64,000 nt of DNA, taken from contig JBLHNG010000001.1 in NCBI GenBank assembly GCA_047621685.1, forward strand, positions 16,986-80,985, read 5' to 3'. A model generated the notes under the pieces. It was given only the letters and a program-made list of their open reading frames with translations, ran no database searches and had not been told where the DNA came from. The translations under genes and the position numbers were made by a program. How positions within the stretch are numbered: the first letter of the stretch is position 1; each line of letters begins with the position of its first letter. This document shows positions 1 to 10,407 of the stretch, in pieces. Source of the stretch: Myxococcota bacterium (GTDB taxonomy: Bacteria > Myxococcota_A > UBA796).

Positions 1-1398
1 GGCTACGTGCGGGTGATGGCCCGGCCCGATCTCCAGGGTGGCGGAAACCAACTTGGTTACTGGAACCTCTACGGTCGTCTCCTCAACGAAGGCCCCTACG
101 CCACCCTCAACTTCCGCTACGAGGTGCTGGAGCGGCAGTCCGGCGTCGCCGCGCCCTGGACCACGATCAACGCCCGAATCGAGGGCGGCAGCATCACCAA
201 CGCCGACAGCGGCGGCGGCAGCCTCGACAACCTGAGGCTCTCCCAGGTCTTCGTCAATGCGGGCAACATCGGCATTCCCGGAGTGACCTGGCAGGTCGGC
301 ACCCTCGACAGCTACATCGGCGACCTCGGCCTGTACGACATGCGGCCCGCGCAGCTGTTCTTCGAGACCGTCGGGGCATCGGGGCGCTACCAGAACGACA
401 CCCTCGACCTCCTGGTGGGGGTCGGTGACTCTGGCTACGGCATCCGCGGCAGCGACTACACCACCATCCTCACTGCTGGTGGCTGGCTGCGGGTCCATGT
501 CAACGACCACCTCGAGGTCGGTGCCGGAGGGCAGCACCGGTACGAGCCGTCGGTTCCTGGCAGCCGCAACGCCGCGTACATCACCCCGGGCGTGGACTAC
601 GAGGACTGGGTGCGTGGCGAGGTGGTGGAGAACTACCTCCAGGCCAACCCCAACCGGGAGCTGGAGTTCCCCGATCCCGTCCCCACCGACGCCGCCTCCT
701 GGAAGGCCATCGGCTACCTTGGCTTCGGCAACTTCGGTCCCGTGGTGTGGAACAACCTGTTCGCCAGCCTGGAGCGCCGCCACCCAGAGAGCCGGACGCT
801 TGAGACCTACGGGGGCGAGGAGTACACCCTCTACGTCACCGGGCTGACCGACGAGCGCACCGTGCTCACGGTGGGCGATGAGCTTCAGATGACGGTCATC
901 CCGGGCCGCTTCGACATCGCCCTCGCCGGGCTGTACGGACTGCACACCGACGCGGACAACACCATCGTCCCCTCCGACCACGCCCGGTCCTACCGCTCTG
1001 CGGTGCTCCGTGGGCAGTTCTACCTCACCCCGACCGTGCACTGGCTCGTCGAGTCCTCCATCGCCGAGGAGGTCTCCACCAACGGCAACGCCTACCGCGA
1101 GCACGCCGACTCGATCTTCGCCAACACCGGCACCGTCTCGGACACCCGGGGCCTCGAATACGGCGACACCAACACCCGCACCACCTGGCAGGGCAAGACC
1201 GGTCTCGTCCTCAACCCGCTGGGTCGAGGCATCTACACCCGCCCCTCGCTGCGGCTGCTGTATGGGGCGCAGTACTCCAACCAGAACAACGCGTTTGGCA
1301 ACAGCTTCGTCGAGACGCTCGATCAGTACAATCAGTTCGGCAACGTCGAGCGACACTGGCACCATGTGGTCGCCCTGGAGACCGAAGCATGGTTCTGA
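1..1398 (+). CDS. Outer-membrane beta-barrel porin-like protein; 5' end probably outside the window
   Basis: ORF 7..1398 is open back to base 1. Alternating Gly/Tyr/Asn-rich beta-strand-like composition and a C-terminal ...ETEAWF aromatic terminus typical of OM barrels. Overlaps the next gene and is followed by an amylase, so a carbohydrate porin is possible. Confidence 0.6.
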   Translation, partial: GYVRVMARPDLQGGGNQLGYWNLYGRLLNEGPYATLNFRYEVLERQSGVAAPWTTINARIEGGSITNADSGGGSLDNLRLSQVFVNAGNIGIPGVTWQVGTLDSYIGDLGLYDMRPAQLFFETVGASGRYQNDTLDLLVGVGDSGYGIRGSDYTTILTAGGWLRVHVNDHLEVGAGGQHRYEPSVPGSRNAAYITPGVDYEDWVRGEVVENYLQANPNRELEFPDPVPTDAASWKAIGYLGFGNFGPVVWNNLFASLERRHPESRTLETYGGEEYTLYVTGLTDERTVLTVGDELQMTVIPGRFDIALAGLYGLHTDADNTIVPSDHARSYRSAVLRGQFYLTPTVHWLVESSIAEEVSTNGNAYREHADSIFANTGTVSDTRGLEYGDTNTRTTWQGKTGLVLNPLGRGIYTRPSLRLLYGAQYSNQNNAFGNSFVETLDQYNQFGNVERHWHHVVALETEAWF

Positions 1399-1898
1399 TC
1401 CTGTCGATGCTTCTGGGATGCAGCGCGAAGACTGCGGTCGTCAAGGCGCCGAGTCCGATGGACGTCTCCCTGGCTGCCGCGCGAAACAACCTCGACGATC
1501 GGCAGGTCCTTCCCCTCCCCGATCCGCTGCTCGCCGCGATCACCGCCCAGCTCTCTGATCGCAACCTCACCCCGATCCTCCAGCCGCTCTCCACCCTCGC
1601 TGATGCCCGGCTCACTGCCCGACGCCTGGAGATCCTCTCCGCAGACGGCGCCCCGCTGGTGATGCTGGTCGAGACCGAGGCGCTCTACACCGCGCAGCTG
1701 GAGGGGCGGCTGCGGTGGACCGTGCAGGTCACCCTGACGCTGGATCCGGCGGACGGAGAGCCAACGACGTCCGAGTTCTCAGTGCCTGTCTTCCTCCAGT
1801 TCCAGCACCAGGACGCCGACGACGCCCTCCTCGGTGCCGCCCCAATCATCGAGCGCCACGTCGGCTACCTGCTCGATGAGTACCTCTCGGGGCTGTGA
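1389..1898 (+). CDS. Hypothetical lipoprotein
   Basis: N-terminus MVLILSMLLGCSAK has a lipobox (LLGC). Overlaps both neighbours by a few nt, consistent with an operon. Confidence 0.55.
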   Translation: MVLILSMLLGCSAKTAVVKAPSPMDVSLAAARNNLDDRQVLPLPDPLLAAITAQLSDRNLTPILQPLSTLADARLTARRLEILSADGAPLVMLVETEALYTAQLEGRLRWTVQVTLTLDPADGEPTTSEFSVPVFLQFQHQDADDALLGAAPIIERHVGYLLDEYLSGL

Positions 1899-3553
1899 TG
1901 CTGCCGCTGCTGCTGCTCAGCACGGTGCAGGCGGAGGAGCCAGAGAGCGACCTCGTCTCTGAGAGCGACCTCGTCTACTTCGTGCTCGTCGATCGGTTCG
2001 ACAACGGCGATGCGACCAACGACGACACCATCGACCTCGCCGATCCCCACGCCTTCCACGGCGGCGATCTGGCCGGGGTGACCCGTCGGCTGCCCTACCT
2101 CTACGACCTCGGGGTCCGCACGATCTGGCTCTCCCCGGTGTTCACCATGCGCACCGAGAAGTTCCACAGCCACGGCGCGTTCCATGGCTACTGGATCGAG
2201 GATCTCGGCAGCATCGAGCCCCGGTTCGGCGGCGATGAGGCCCTGATCGCGCTGGCGGATGCAGTGGAGGAAGCCGGGATCCGCCTCATCCTCGACATGG
2301 TCTACAACCACACCTCGTTTGATGCCCCTCTCGTGACCCAGCGCCCCGACTGGTTTCACAGCGACGGCAGCATCGAGAACTGGGACGACCCGGTCGAGCT
2401 GATCAACGGGCAGGTCCACGGTCTGCCTGATCTCGCCCAGGAGAACCCGGAGGTCTACGAATACCTGCTGCGCCACTCGCTGCACTGGGGACGCACCCTG
2501 TCCGCGGATGGCTTTCGCATCGACGCCGTCCGACACATGCCCAATGACTTCTTCCACAGCCTGTCCACGGACCTCAAGGAAGAACTTGGCGCGGACTTCT
2601 GGCTGCTGGGCGAGGACTTCCAGGGCGATCCGGTGCAGCTGTCGAGTACCTTCCGGGACGGCGGCTTCGACGCGATGTTCGACTTCCCGCTGCGCTACGC
2701 CCTGGTCGATGTCATCTGCCACGGCACGCACCCCGGTCGGCTGGCGTCCACCCTGTCTGCCGACCACCTCTACGACGATCCGGCAGGCCTGGTCACCTTC
2801 CTCGACAACCACGACCTTCCCCGGCTCGCCAGCGAGTGTGGCGGGGAGCGCTGGCGGGTCGAGGCGGCCCTGATGGCCCTGTTCGCCCTGCGCGGCACTC
2901 CGTCGATTACCTACGGCACCGAGTGGATGCTCGATGGACCGGGGGAGCCGGAGAACCGCGCAGACATGCCCTGGCAGACCCGTGGCCCCCTGGCGGACAC
3001 CCTCGCCACTCTCGCCGCCCTTCGCGCCGAGCACCCCTTCCTGACGGACGCCGAGATCCGCATCGGCAGCCTGGAAGACGACCGGCTTGAGCTGTGGCTG
3101 CTCGGGAAGTCGCAGAGCGCCCGACTCATCCTCAACCTCGGCACACGCCCGCTGACCACGGAGGGGGCCGGGGTGCTCGTCGGGGAGGGCGGCACATTGC
3201 GCGAATTCGAGGGCACCGTCCCATCGCGCTCCGCGGCACTCCTCTTCTCCAGCAGCACACACCTGCCGTGGCCCGACGAGACCGTGAGCGTCCACATTGA
3301 TGTCCAGGCGAAGCGGAGGCGCGGCGAGCAGCTGGTGGTGGTCGGTGCTGGCGAGGCACTCGGAGACTGGGATCCGGCCCGGGGGATCCCGCTGCCGGCG
3401 TCCATCAAGCAGCCCCTCGGCTCGGTGATGGCATACAAGCTTGTCCGCATCGACCGCAAGGGCGTGGCGCACTGGGAAGAGCGGGAGAATCGCTATGCAG
3501 TCGTCGGGGAAGAGGACATGCGGATAGAGGCGCTCTGGGAGGAGAAGCACTAA
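1895..3553 (+). CDS. Secreted GH13 alpha-amylase family glycosidase with C-terminal CBM20-like starch-binding domain
   Basis: GH13 conserved regions present: DLVYFVLVDRFDNGD, DMVYNHTS, GFRIDAVRHMP, LLGEDF, FLDNHDLPR. C-terminal LVVVGAGEALGDWDP...YKLV...WEERENR resembles CBM20. Signal-like N-terminus. Confidence 0.9.
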   Translation: MMLPLLLLSTVQAEEPESDLVSESDLVYFVLVDRFDNGDATNDDTIDLADPHAFHGGDLAGVTRRLPYLYDLGVRTIWLSPVFTMRTEKFHSHGAFHGYWIEDLGSIEPRFGGDEALIALADAVEEAGIRLILDMVYNHTSFDAPLVTQRPDWFHSDGSIENWDDPVELINGQVHGLPDLAQENPEVYEYLLRHSLHWGRTLSADGFRIDAVRHMPNDFFHSLSTDLKEELGADFWLLGEDFQGDPVQLSSTFRDGGFDAMFDFPLRYALVDVICHGTHPGRLASTLSADHLYDDPAGLVTFLDNHDLPRLASECGGERWRVEAALMALFALRGTPSITYGTEWMLDGPGEPENRADMPWQTRGPLADTLATLAALRAEHPFLTDAEIRIGSLEDDRLELWLLGKSQSARLILNLGTRPLTTEGAGVLVGEGGTLREFEGTVPSRSAALLFSSSTHLPWPDETVSVHIDVQAKRRRGEQLVVVGAGEALGDWDPARGIPLPASIKQPLGSVMAYKLVRIDRKGVAHWEERENRYAVVGEEDMRIEALWEEKH

Positions 3554-4557
3554 TGGCAGGCGGCAGCACAAAGGCAGTCTATGCAGCGATCGTGGCCAAC
3601 TCGATCGTCGCGGTCTTAAAGTTTATCGGGTTTGCCTTCAGCGGATCGGGCGCGATGCTCTCCGAAGGAATCCACTCCATCGCCGATGTCACCAACCAGC
3701 TTCTGCTGGCGGTGGGCATCAAGCGGGCGGAGCGCGAGGCGGACGAGGATCACCCCTACGGCTACGGTCGCGACAAGTTCGTCTTCGCGATGATCTCGGC
3801 GGTGGGCATCTTCTGGTTTGGCTGCGGGGTCACCCTGTACCACGGCATCACCTCGCTGCTGCACCCCCACCCCGTCGCGGCCCTGGAGCTGGCGATTGGC
3901 ATCCTGGTGGTCTCTGGGCTCATCGAGTCGGTCACCCTGTGGATTGCCTGGGTCGCGGTGCGGGATGGCGCGAAGAAGGACGGCATGGCCCTCAAGGAGT
4001 ACCTGCTCAAGGGCTCCGATCCGATGGGTGTGGCGGTGCTGCTTGAAGACGGCGCGGCGGTGCTCGGCATCCTGATCGCCCTGGCCACCCTCGGGCTGTC
4101 CCTGGCCACCGGCAACCTGATCTTCGACGCCATCGGCTCCATCCTCATCGGCGTGCTGCTCGGCGCGGTGGCGGCGTTTCTGGTGGTCAAGAACCGCACC
4201 GTGCTGCTCGGACTCTCCATGTCCACCCAGAACACCTCCCGGGTGGTCGAGATCCTGTCCGGCGATCCGGTGGTCGAGTCGGTCCACGACGTCAAGACGA
4301 CGGTGCTCGGCACCGATCAGACTCGCTTCAAGGCCGAGATCCAGTTCGACGGAGAGGCCATCGCCCGGCGGTTCCTGATCACCCAGGATCTGGCGACCAT
4401 CTGGGAGCGCATCAACACCGAGGACGAGCTGCGCACCTTCCTCATTGAGTACGGCGACCACATCGTCGAGGCCCTCGGCGATGAGATCGACCGGCTGGAG
4501 GACAAGGTCCGTCTTGCCGCACCGGAGATCCGGCACGTGGACCTTGAGGCCGAGTAG
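3553..4557 (+). CDS. Cation diffusion facilitator (CDF) family metal efflux transporter
   Basis: N-terminal AIVANSIVAVLKFIGFAFSGSGAMLSEGIHSIADVTNQ and HPYGYGRDKFVF motifs, multiple TM helices, C-terminal cytoplasmic domain. Confidence 0.85.
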   Translation: MAGGSTKAVYAAIVANSIVAVLKFIGFAFSGSGAMLSEGIHSIADVTNQLLLAVGIKRAEREADEDHPYGYGRDKFVFAMISAVGIFWFGCGVTLYHGITSLLHPHPVAALELAIGILVVSGLIESVTLWIAWVAVRDGAKKDGMALKEYLLKGSDPMGVAVLLEDGAAVLGILIALATLGLSLATGNLIFDAIGSILIGVLLGAVAAFLVVKNRTVLLGLSMSTQNTSRVVEILSGDPVVESVHDVKTTVLGTDQTRFKAEIQFDGEAIARRFLITQDLATIWERINTEDELRTFLIEYGDHIVEALGDEIDRLEDKVRLAAPEIRHVDLEAE

Positions 4558-4647
4558 CCGACCGCTCACTGCTGCTTCCTGACCGCTCAGCTCGTCCTCG
4601 CCTGATCCCACCCCACTGCCGGGTGAACATGGATCGAGCGGAGGTGA

Positions 4648-5157
4648 GTGATGCAGGTGACTGGACGGCCCGCCCATTGGGCGAGAGACATGGCGATCGT
4701 GGGCGGAGTGACGGCGAGTCTGGCCCCGCTGCCGGCGCTGGCGCTGGGGGCAACGGCAGCGTTCATCGGGGGCACTGCGGTGACCGGCGCGGTGACTGGA
4801 GCAGCCCTTGGAGCGGTGATGCCGGGGGTGCTGGAGCGGGTTCGTGGGCGGCTGCCGCTGCCGGTCCTCATGGTGCTCGGCCCGATTCCCGGTGCGCTGT
4901 GGGGCGGGATTGTCGGTGCAGTGGGCTTTGCGCTGTCTGGTGTGGGCGTCCCGCTGGCCCTCTGTGTGCTCTGCGCGGCCCTCGCCGGGGCGGTCCAGTT
5001 CGGCCTGTTCTGGTTCCCCTACACCTTCCAGACCGTGCGCGGCGCCCGCCGCTGGCCGGTGGTGCTTGGTGCCTGCGCAGTCACCCCGATGATCGGGCTG
5101 CTGACGGTGGCCATCGTGCTCACCACAGTGCTCGGCTTCCCAGGCAGTCTGATGTGA
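4648..5157 (+). CDS. Hypothetical polytopic membrane protein (start uncertain)
   Basis: Gly/Ala/Val/Leu-rich hydrophobic segments throughout. No recognisable motif. Confidence 0.4.
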   Translation: MMQVTGRPAHWARDMAIVGGVTASLAPLPALALGATAAFIGGTAVTGAVTGAALGAVMPGVLERVRGRLPLPVLMVLGPIPGALWGGIVGAVGFALSGVGVPLALCVLCAALAGAVQFGLFWFPYTFQTVRGARRWPVVLGACAVTPMIGLLTVAIVLTTVLGFPGSLM

Positions 5158-5169
5158 TACACGAGGCGA

Positions 5170-5613
5170 ATGAAGGTCATCTTTGTCCGACATGGTGAGC
5201 GCCGGAAGGGGGAGAGCGACCCTGAGCTGACGTCGTGGGGCCGCCGGATGAGCACCGAGACCGGGCACTGGATTCAGGCGCAGGGGCTCACCCCCGATCA
5301 GGTGATCGTGACCCCGACCATGCGCACCCGGCAGACCGTCGAGGAGATCCTGCTGGTATTCTCTGCCCCGATACCCATCCGGGAGGCAGGGTTGCCGGAA
5401 TTGCTGGAAGACTGGGATGCACTGCTGGAGACCATTCCTGAGAAGGGGGTGGCGCTGCTGGTCGGCCACCACCCCACCATGGACATGCTCCGGCGCGAGC
5501 TTGGCCCCCTGCCGGTGAGCGTGCCACGTGGACACTTCGCCTCGGCGGTGGTGCTGGAAGCCGACGGTGGAAGCTGGCGATGCGCCGCGTCCTGGCCGGG
5601 GAGGCCAGCATGA
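5170..5613 (+). CDS. Histidine phosphatase superfamily protein, SixA-like
   Basis: N-terminal VIFVRHGER...LTSWGRR (RHG catalytic motif). Small size is typical of SixA. Confidence 0.7.
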   Translation: MKVIFVRHGERRKGESDPELTSWGRRMSTETGHWIQAQGLTPDQVIVTPTMRTRQTVEEILLVFSAPIPIREAGLPELLEDWDALLETIPEKGVALLVGHHPTMDMLRRELGPLPVSVPRGHFASAVVLEADGGSWRCAASWPGRPA

Positions 5614-6134
5614 GTGTCGAGAAGCTCTCCCGGCTCCCGCTGTTCCGCAACATCCCAGCGGACTCCCTGAGCAACCTCCTTGAGGTCTGCCCCACCACTT
5701 CCTACCGAATTGCAGCGCGAATCTTCGAGCAGGGCAGCCCGGCAGATCAGGCGCTGCTGCTGCTTGATGGGCGGCTGGAGGTCTCGGTAAAGAACGGCAG
5801 CACCCACCAGCACGTCGGCGAGATTCACCCCGGCGAGGTCGTCGGAGAGCAGGCGCTGTTCGTCTCCGGTGGTCTGCGAAACGCCTCGGTCTTCGCCAAC
5901 CAGCCCAGCACCGCCCTCATCCTCAGCCCGAGGCTGTTCCAGAGCGGCAGCGACGATCCGGCCATCGCCGCCCTGGAGCGACACCTCATCGCCACTCTGT
6001 CCCGGCGAATCCGAAAGACCAACCTGGAGATCCAGAAGGCCTGGAAGGCTTCACGGGTCGAGGAGGCTGAGGAAGTCGCCGAGGCTCCGACCTTCCGCGC
6101 CCGGCTCCGCTCGATGTTTGGAGGTCGGTTTTGA
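5610..6134 (+). CDS. Cyclic nucleotide-binding domain protein
   Basis: LPLFRNIP...IFEQGSPADQALLLLDGRLEV...GEVVGEQALF pattern of cNMP-binding domains. ATG 5610 overlaps the upstream stop (ATGA). Confidence 0.7.
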   Translation: MSVEKLSRLPLFRNIPADSLSNLLEVCPTTSYRIAARIFEQGSPADQALLLLDGRLEVSVKNGSTHQHVGEIHPGEVVGEQALFVSGGLRNASVFANQPSTALILSPRLFQSGSDDPAIAALERHLIATLSRRIRKTNLEIQKAWKASRVEEAEEVAEAPTFRARLRSMFGGRF

Positions 6135-6781
6135 ACGCAGAAGTCCTCAAGCCCATTGCCCGCAAGCTCCTTCGCACCCATCGGGTCCAGGGCGCACGAT
6201 CTGCGGACCTCGCTCAGGCCCTGGCCACTGGAAAGCCCCGAAGGGTGGCCGACGGAGAGCGGCTGTGCAGTGAGGGCGATCCCTCCGACTCGATGTTCAT
6301 CCTGCTCAAGGGGCGCATCCAGGTGCTGCGGAAGGATGACCGCGGAGAGGAGCGCCAGCTCGCGATGCTCACTGCCCCGGCCCTGGTCGGTCACATGGGC
6401 CTGGTGGATGGCTCGGCGAGGTCGGCGAGCTGTGTAGCGATGGGAGAGATCGGCTGCCTGCGGCTGACCCGGGTGGCCTTCCAGCGCCTCCTGGAGGAGT
6501 CCTCTGCCAGCGGTGGTGCGATGCGGCGCCTCATCCTCGCCAGCCTCATCGGCCAGCTCACTTCCGCGAACACCCGCATCAAGGAGATGATCACGGCACC
6601 GGAGCCTCAGCCAGACGCCCCTGAGTCCCTGCGTCGGGACATCTCCTCCGACGACATCCTCAAGCTCGCCGGTGTCCTCGATGGCTGGTCCGTCGACCGC
6701 ACCGCCATGGACACGGAGGTGCGCTTCGTCGAAGACGATGACATGCGGCGCACCCGCGAGGCCCGCGTCCGGAAGCGGTAG
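6131..6781 (+). CDS. Cyclic nucleotide-binding domain protein (paralogue of the upstream gene)
   Basis: GERLCSEGDPSDSMFILLKGRIQVLRKD...ALVGHMGLVDG...ASCVA pattern. TTG start overlaps the upstream stop. Confidence 0.7.
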   Translation: MNAEVLKPIARKLLRTHRVQGARSADLAQALATGKPRRVADGERLCSEGDPSDSMFILLKGRIQVLRKDDRGEERQLAMLTAPALVGHMGLVDGSARSASCVAMGEIGCLRLTRVAFQRLLEESSASGGAMRRLILASLIGQLTSANTRIKEMITAPEPQPDAPESLRRDISSDDILKLAGVLDGWSVDRTAMDTEVRFVEDDDMRRTREARVRKR

Positions 6782-6822
6782 GTGGGCGGCCGCGGAGGGG
6801 ACCAGTACCGATCAGATTTAGG

Positions 6823-7632
6823 CTACGCCGTCCAGGTCCCCGCGCGCGGGAGCCGCAGGGAGAGGCAGGTCAGCGCGCCATCAGCCTTGTGGAACTCATC
6901 AACCTGGAGCACCCGCACCCGCAGGCCCCGGCGGTGCAGAGCCTCGGCGGTCCGCGGCGCGGCGGCGGAGACGAGGATGGTGTCTCCCAGCGCCAGCACG
7001 TTGCCACCGTGGGGCTCCTCGGTGGGCAGCAGCTCTACGCCTGCTTCGGCCAGCGACTCAGGTCTGAGCATCGACGGACAGTAGATCAGCAGCTCAGGGG
7101 TGGCGAGGGTCACTGCGCTCTTGAGGTGCAGGCCCGCCCGGAGCGGCACGGAGCGAACGGTGAGCCCCTCCGCAGTCGCCGCGAGCTTCAGCCAGGCCAG
7201 CCCCTCGCTGTTGCTGCGTTGCGTGCGGCCGACGTAGAGGGTCTGACCGATTCGGAGCACATCGCCGCCGTCGAGGGTGGCGGGTGTGGGCATCGCCGAC
7301 AGGGCGCACCAGTCCGCCAGCGCCTCCGACACCCCGGCAGACTCGCCCCGCCGACCGGGGGCCGCTGAGCGGGTCAGCAGCGCCCGCCGCCCGAGGATCA
7401 CCGCCGGATCCTCCACGAAGCAGCAGTCGGGGTGGTCGGGCAGTGCCGGGAGCACGCGCACCGCCACCCCGACCTCCTTGAGTGCAGAGACATAGGCGGC
7501 GTGCTGGAGGCGCGCCCGGTCCACGTCGATGTCCGCCGGATGTTCCTGGATGGAGTCGGTGAAGCGATCTGGAACCGCACGAACGAGGGCCGCGGCGGGT
7601 GCATCAAACGTGAGCGTGCTCGGCAGGTTCAT
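6823..7632 (-). CDS. Dimethylarginine dimethylaminohydrolase / amidinotransferase-family protein
   Basis: ALVRAVPDRF..., CCFVEDPAVI, and C-terminal FHKADGALTCLSLRL (catalytic Cys context) match the DDAH/arginine deiminase-fold family. Confidence 0.75.
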   Translation of the reverse strand: MNLPSTLTFDAPAAALVRAVPDRFTDSIQEHPADIDVDRARLQHAAYVSALKEVGVAVRVLPALPDHPDCCFVEDPAVILGRRALLTRSAAPGRRGESAGVSEALADWCALSAMPTPATLDGGDVLRIGQTLYVGRTQRSNSEGLAWLKLAATAEGLTVRSVPLRAGLHLKSAVTLATPELLIYCPSMLRPESLAEAGVELLPTEEPHGGNVLALGDTILVSAAAPRTAEALHRRGLRVRVLQVDEFHKADGALTCLSLRLPRAGTWTA

Positions 7633-8800
7633 CGGGTACGGTGTCCTTGAGGAGCTTTCGGGCGAACGAAGGGAACAGCAGGCTGGCGATGATGCCGGCG
7701 GTGATCACCACCGCCCGGGTGGTGTCATCCACCGCGCCGAACCGGTGCCCGATGTCCATGATGGCGATAACCAGAGTCAGCGGCGCGGCGAGCAGCCCGG
7801 CGGTCGCTGCGACCTCCTTGATGCTCAGCCCTCGGAGCAGCAGGAGCGAGCCGGGGATGAGCTTGGCGAGCAGCATCAGGGCGATCAGAGAGAAGATCCA
7901 CCCGATGTTGGTGAGGACCAGATCAGCCGTGAGGGTGAGCTGGATGCCGACGTTGATGAAGAAGACCGGGATGAAGAAGCCGTAGCCCATCGAGGAGAGC
8001 TTGTGCTCCAGCGCGCCCTTCTCCCGGATGACGAACGACAGGATCGCTCCGGCGATGAATGCACCGAGGAAGGGCTCGACGTGCGCGAGCATTGAGAGCC
8101 CGACGAACGAGAACATCAGCCCAAAGCCGACCCGGACCCCGACCTCGGAGGGATCATCGTGAGCAACGAGGCGGGTGAACAGGTGGGGATACCACCACAG
8201 CAGGGCGCGGAGCAGCTGCACCACGACCACCATCACCACCACCAGCCCCAGGAGCCGTCCGATCCCGACAGCGATGTCTCCGAGGTTGTGGGCGTGCTGC
8301 TGGATCTCGACGAGGGAGAGGAAGACGATGGTCAGCGCCTCCCCCACCGCCGCGAAGGTGATCATCGTCGTGCCCAGCGAGGTCGAGGACAGCCGCAGCT
8401 CGCGGACCACCGCCAGCAGCAGCGGCACTGAGGTTGCTCCGGTCGCCAGTCCCACCCACATCCCCCAGCCCTGGTGGATGGACACCCCCATGGACATCAC
8501 AAACGCCAGAGTGGAGACCGCCACCGGCATGATGCCGCCCTTCAGTCCGCGCCCTTCGACGCCACGGAAGTCGATCTCGAGGCCGGCGAGGAACAGGAAG
8601 AAGGCGAAGCCGACCACCGAGAGGAAGCTGATGAATGGGTCGTTGACGTCAGGGACAATGCCGAGGCCGGTGTTGCCGATCAGCAGCCCGAAGGCGATCT
8701 CCATCACCGCGACCGGGATGGCGACCTGCCGGGCCACCCCTGGCACGATGATCGCACCGAGGGTGATGAGGATGAGGGGAATCGCAGCGTTTGGATCCAT
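7604..8800 (-). CDS. CPA2-type cation:proton antiporter (Kef/NhaP-like)
   Basis: About 12 hydrophobic helices with Na+/H+ exchanger family-like composition. ATG at 8800 overlaps the upstream TAA (TAATG), so I prefer it to the ORF-track start at 8821. Confidence 0.8.
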   Translation of the reverse strand: MDPNAAIPLILITLGAIIVPGVARQVAIPVAVMEIAFGLLIGNTGLGIVPDVNDPFISFLSVVGFAFFLFLAGLEIDFRGVEGRGLKGGIMPVAVSTLAFVMSMGVSIHQGWGMWVGLATGATSVPLLLAVVRELRLSSTSLGTTMITFAAVGEALTIVFLSLVEIQQHAHNLGDIAVGIGRLLGLVVVMVVVVQLLRALLWWYPHLFTRLVAHDDPSEVGVRVGFGLMFSFVGLSMLAHVEPFLGAFIAGAILSFVIREKGALEHKLSSMGYGFFIPVFFINVGIQLTLTADLVLTNIGWIFSLIALMLLAKLIPGSLLLLRGLSIKEVAATAGLLAAPLTLVIAIMDIGHRFGAVDDTTRAVVITAGIIASLLFPSFARKLLKDTVPDEPAEHAHV

Positions 8801-10179
8801 TACCGACCCGCCACGTTCCACGGCACGAACAGCACAGAGCAGGGCGTGCTGTGGAGCAGATACATCGAGATATCAGGTGTAAAGAGGGTGTTCCGGCTCT
8901 GGTGCGAGTGCCCGACCACCAGCAGGTCGAAGTTCGCGGCGTGGCTTCGGATCTGCTTGATGGGGTTGCCCTCGGAGATGACGGTGTCGACCTCCAGTCC
9001 ATGCAGCCGGCCCAGATCCGCGACCTGTCGGGGAACCGCTCGGAGGGGTGCGAGGGCCTCCTCGCCTTTGGAGAGCGAGGGCGGCAGCACCGTGAGCACC
9101 GTCAGCGAGGCCCCGACCAGGGTGGCGATGTCCATAGCAATGACGGAGATGGCGTTGACGCTATCCTGAGAGCTGACCGCCAGGAGGATGCGCTTGTAGG
9201 GGCGCTGGCTGCGGGCGATGAGGACCGGGACCCGGGCGGCGAGGATGAGCTTCTTGCGATTGGAGATGCGAAGCCCGAGTCGAGAGCTGAGGCGCAGGGG
9301 GCGGCTCTCCAGGACCAGCAGGCCGACCTCCTGGCGCGACAGGTTCAGGGCGATGTCCGTGGCGCTGAGGATGTTGGTGTCCAGCTTCTCCGAGGGCAGC
9401 GAGATCAGGTGCTCGGCCTGGGTCTTCTCCAGCAGCCAGGCGGCCTCTTTCTGGACCTCATCGTCGCCGAGGTAGCCGATGGAGGCGCCATACTGAGAGG
9501 GGAAGACCGCCTCCGCGCCGTGGATGAAGTTCGCGACACTGTCGACCACGTCGGGCTCACCGGTCAACATCACCCGGTCGCCAGACTCCAGGACCGTCTC
9601 TCCGTGGGGTACGATCAGAGCATCGTTGCGGTAGATCGCCGCCACCAGCCAGCGCCGCGGCTTGAGCTGGCTGAGGGTCCGGCCGATCGCAGCGCTGCCG
9701 GGCAGGACCTGGATGACCTGCAGCTCTCCGCGGGCGAGCTGGTCCGCGAGGAGGTGAGGCTCGCTGCGGCTGAAGTGGTTCATGGTGTGCCGGGCCGCGG
9801 CCACCGAGCGCAGGGCGATCTCATTCCCAGTGAGTCCATTGGCGGCGCTGTTCTCGGCGCTGTTGAGCTGACAGACGAGGTCATCGACCTGAAAGTGGGC
9901 TCGGATCACCCGGGCGATCTCCAGGTTGGTCTCGTCTGACCCGGTGAGGATCGCGACCATGGTTCGGGTGGACAGCCCGACCTGGTTCAGGACCAGTCGG
10001 CTGGTGGCGTCGCCCTGGACCTTGAGGATGGTCTGACCCCCATGTGTCTCCGGGAGTACCGCGAGGGCCTCCGCTGAGGTGTCCACCGCGGACACGGTCC
10101 ATGAGACAGGCAGCTCCGCCAGCAGCGCCAGCCCCACCTCTCCCGCTCCGATCAGCACTACATGACGATGGGTCCGCAA
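8800..10179 (-). CDS. TrkA-N (NAD-binding) / TrkA-C (RCK) / universal stress protein domain fusion regulator
   Basis: HVVLIGAGEVG Rossmann motif. RCK_C-like GDRVMLTG segment. C-terminal Usp-like ILLAV...DLLVVGHSH...VLFVP. Confidence 0.75.
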   Translation of the reverse strand: MRTHRHVVLIGAGEVGLALLAELPVSWTVSAVDTSAEALAVLPETHGGQTILKVQGDATSRLVLNQVGLSTRTMVAILTGSDETNLEIARVIRAHFQVDDLVCQLNSAENSAANGLTGNEIALRSVAAARHTMNHFSRSEPHLLADQLARGELQVIQVLPGSAAIGRTLSQLKPRRWLVAAIYRNDALIVPHGETVLESGDRVMLTGEPDVVDSVANFIHGAEAVFPSQYGASIGYLGDDEVQKEAAWLLEKTQAEHLISLPSEKLDTNILSATDIALNLSRQEVGLLVLESRPLRLSSRLGLRISNRKKLILAARVPVLIARSQRPYKRILLAVSSQDSVNAISVIAMDIATLVGASLTVLTVLPPSLSKGEEALAPLRAVPRQVADLGRLHGLEVDTVISEGNPIKQIRSHAANFDLLVVGHSHQSRNTLFTPDISMYLLHSTPCSVLFVPWNVAGR

Positions 10180-10378
10180 GCTACCCCTCCTCTGGAAAGG
10201 CCACCATCATAGCAGCCCGCAGGAAGGGGTATCTTGATCAAAAGATGACGCTGATGGCAGGGCGGCTCCTGCCAGACGGAGTGTCCCCATCCAGGCCGCA
10301 GAGACCCATCTCCCCGCGACCGCTCGTCGGCTGGGCTACCCTGCCATCAGGTGTAAATACGACCCGCCTCAATAAGTG

Positions 10379-10407
10379 GATATTCCACTTTTAATCAATG
10401 GAATATC
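10379..10407. promoter_or_regulatory. AT-rich inverted repeat GATATTCCA-N11-TGGAATATC
   Basis: Perfect 9-bp arms read directly. Lies just after the FG-GAP gene stop and upstream of the TrkA/Usp-antiporter operon, so either a terminator hairpin or an operator. Confidence 0.35.
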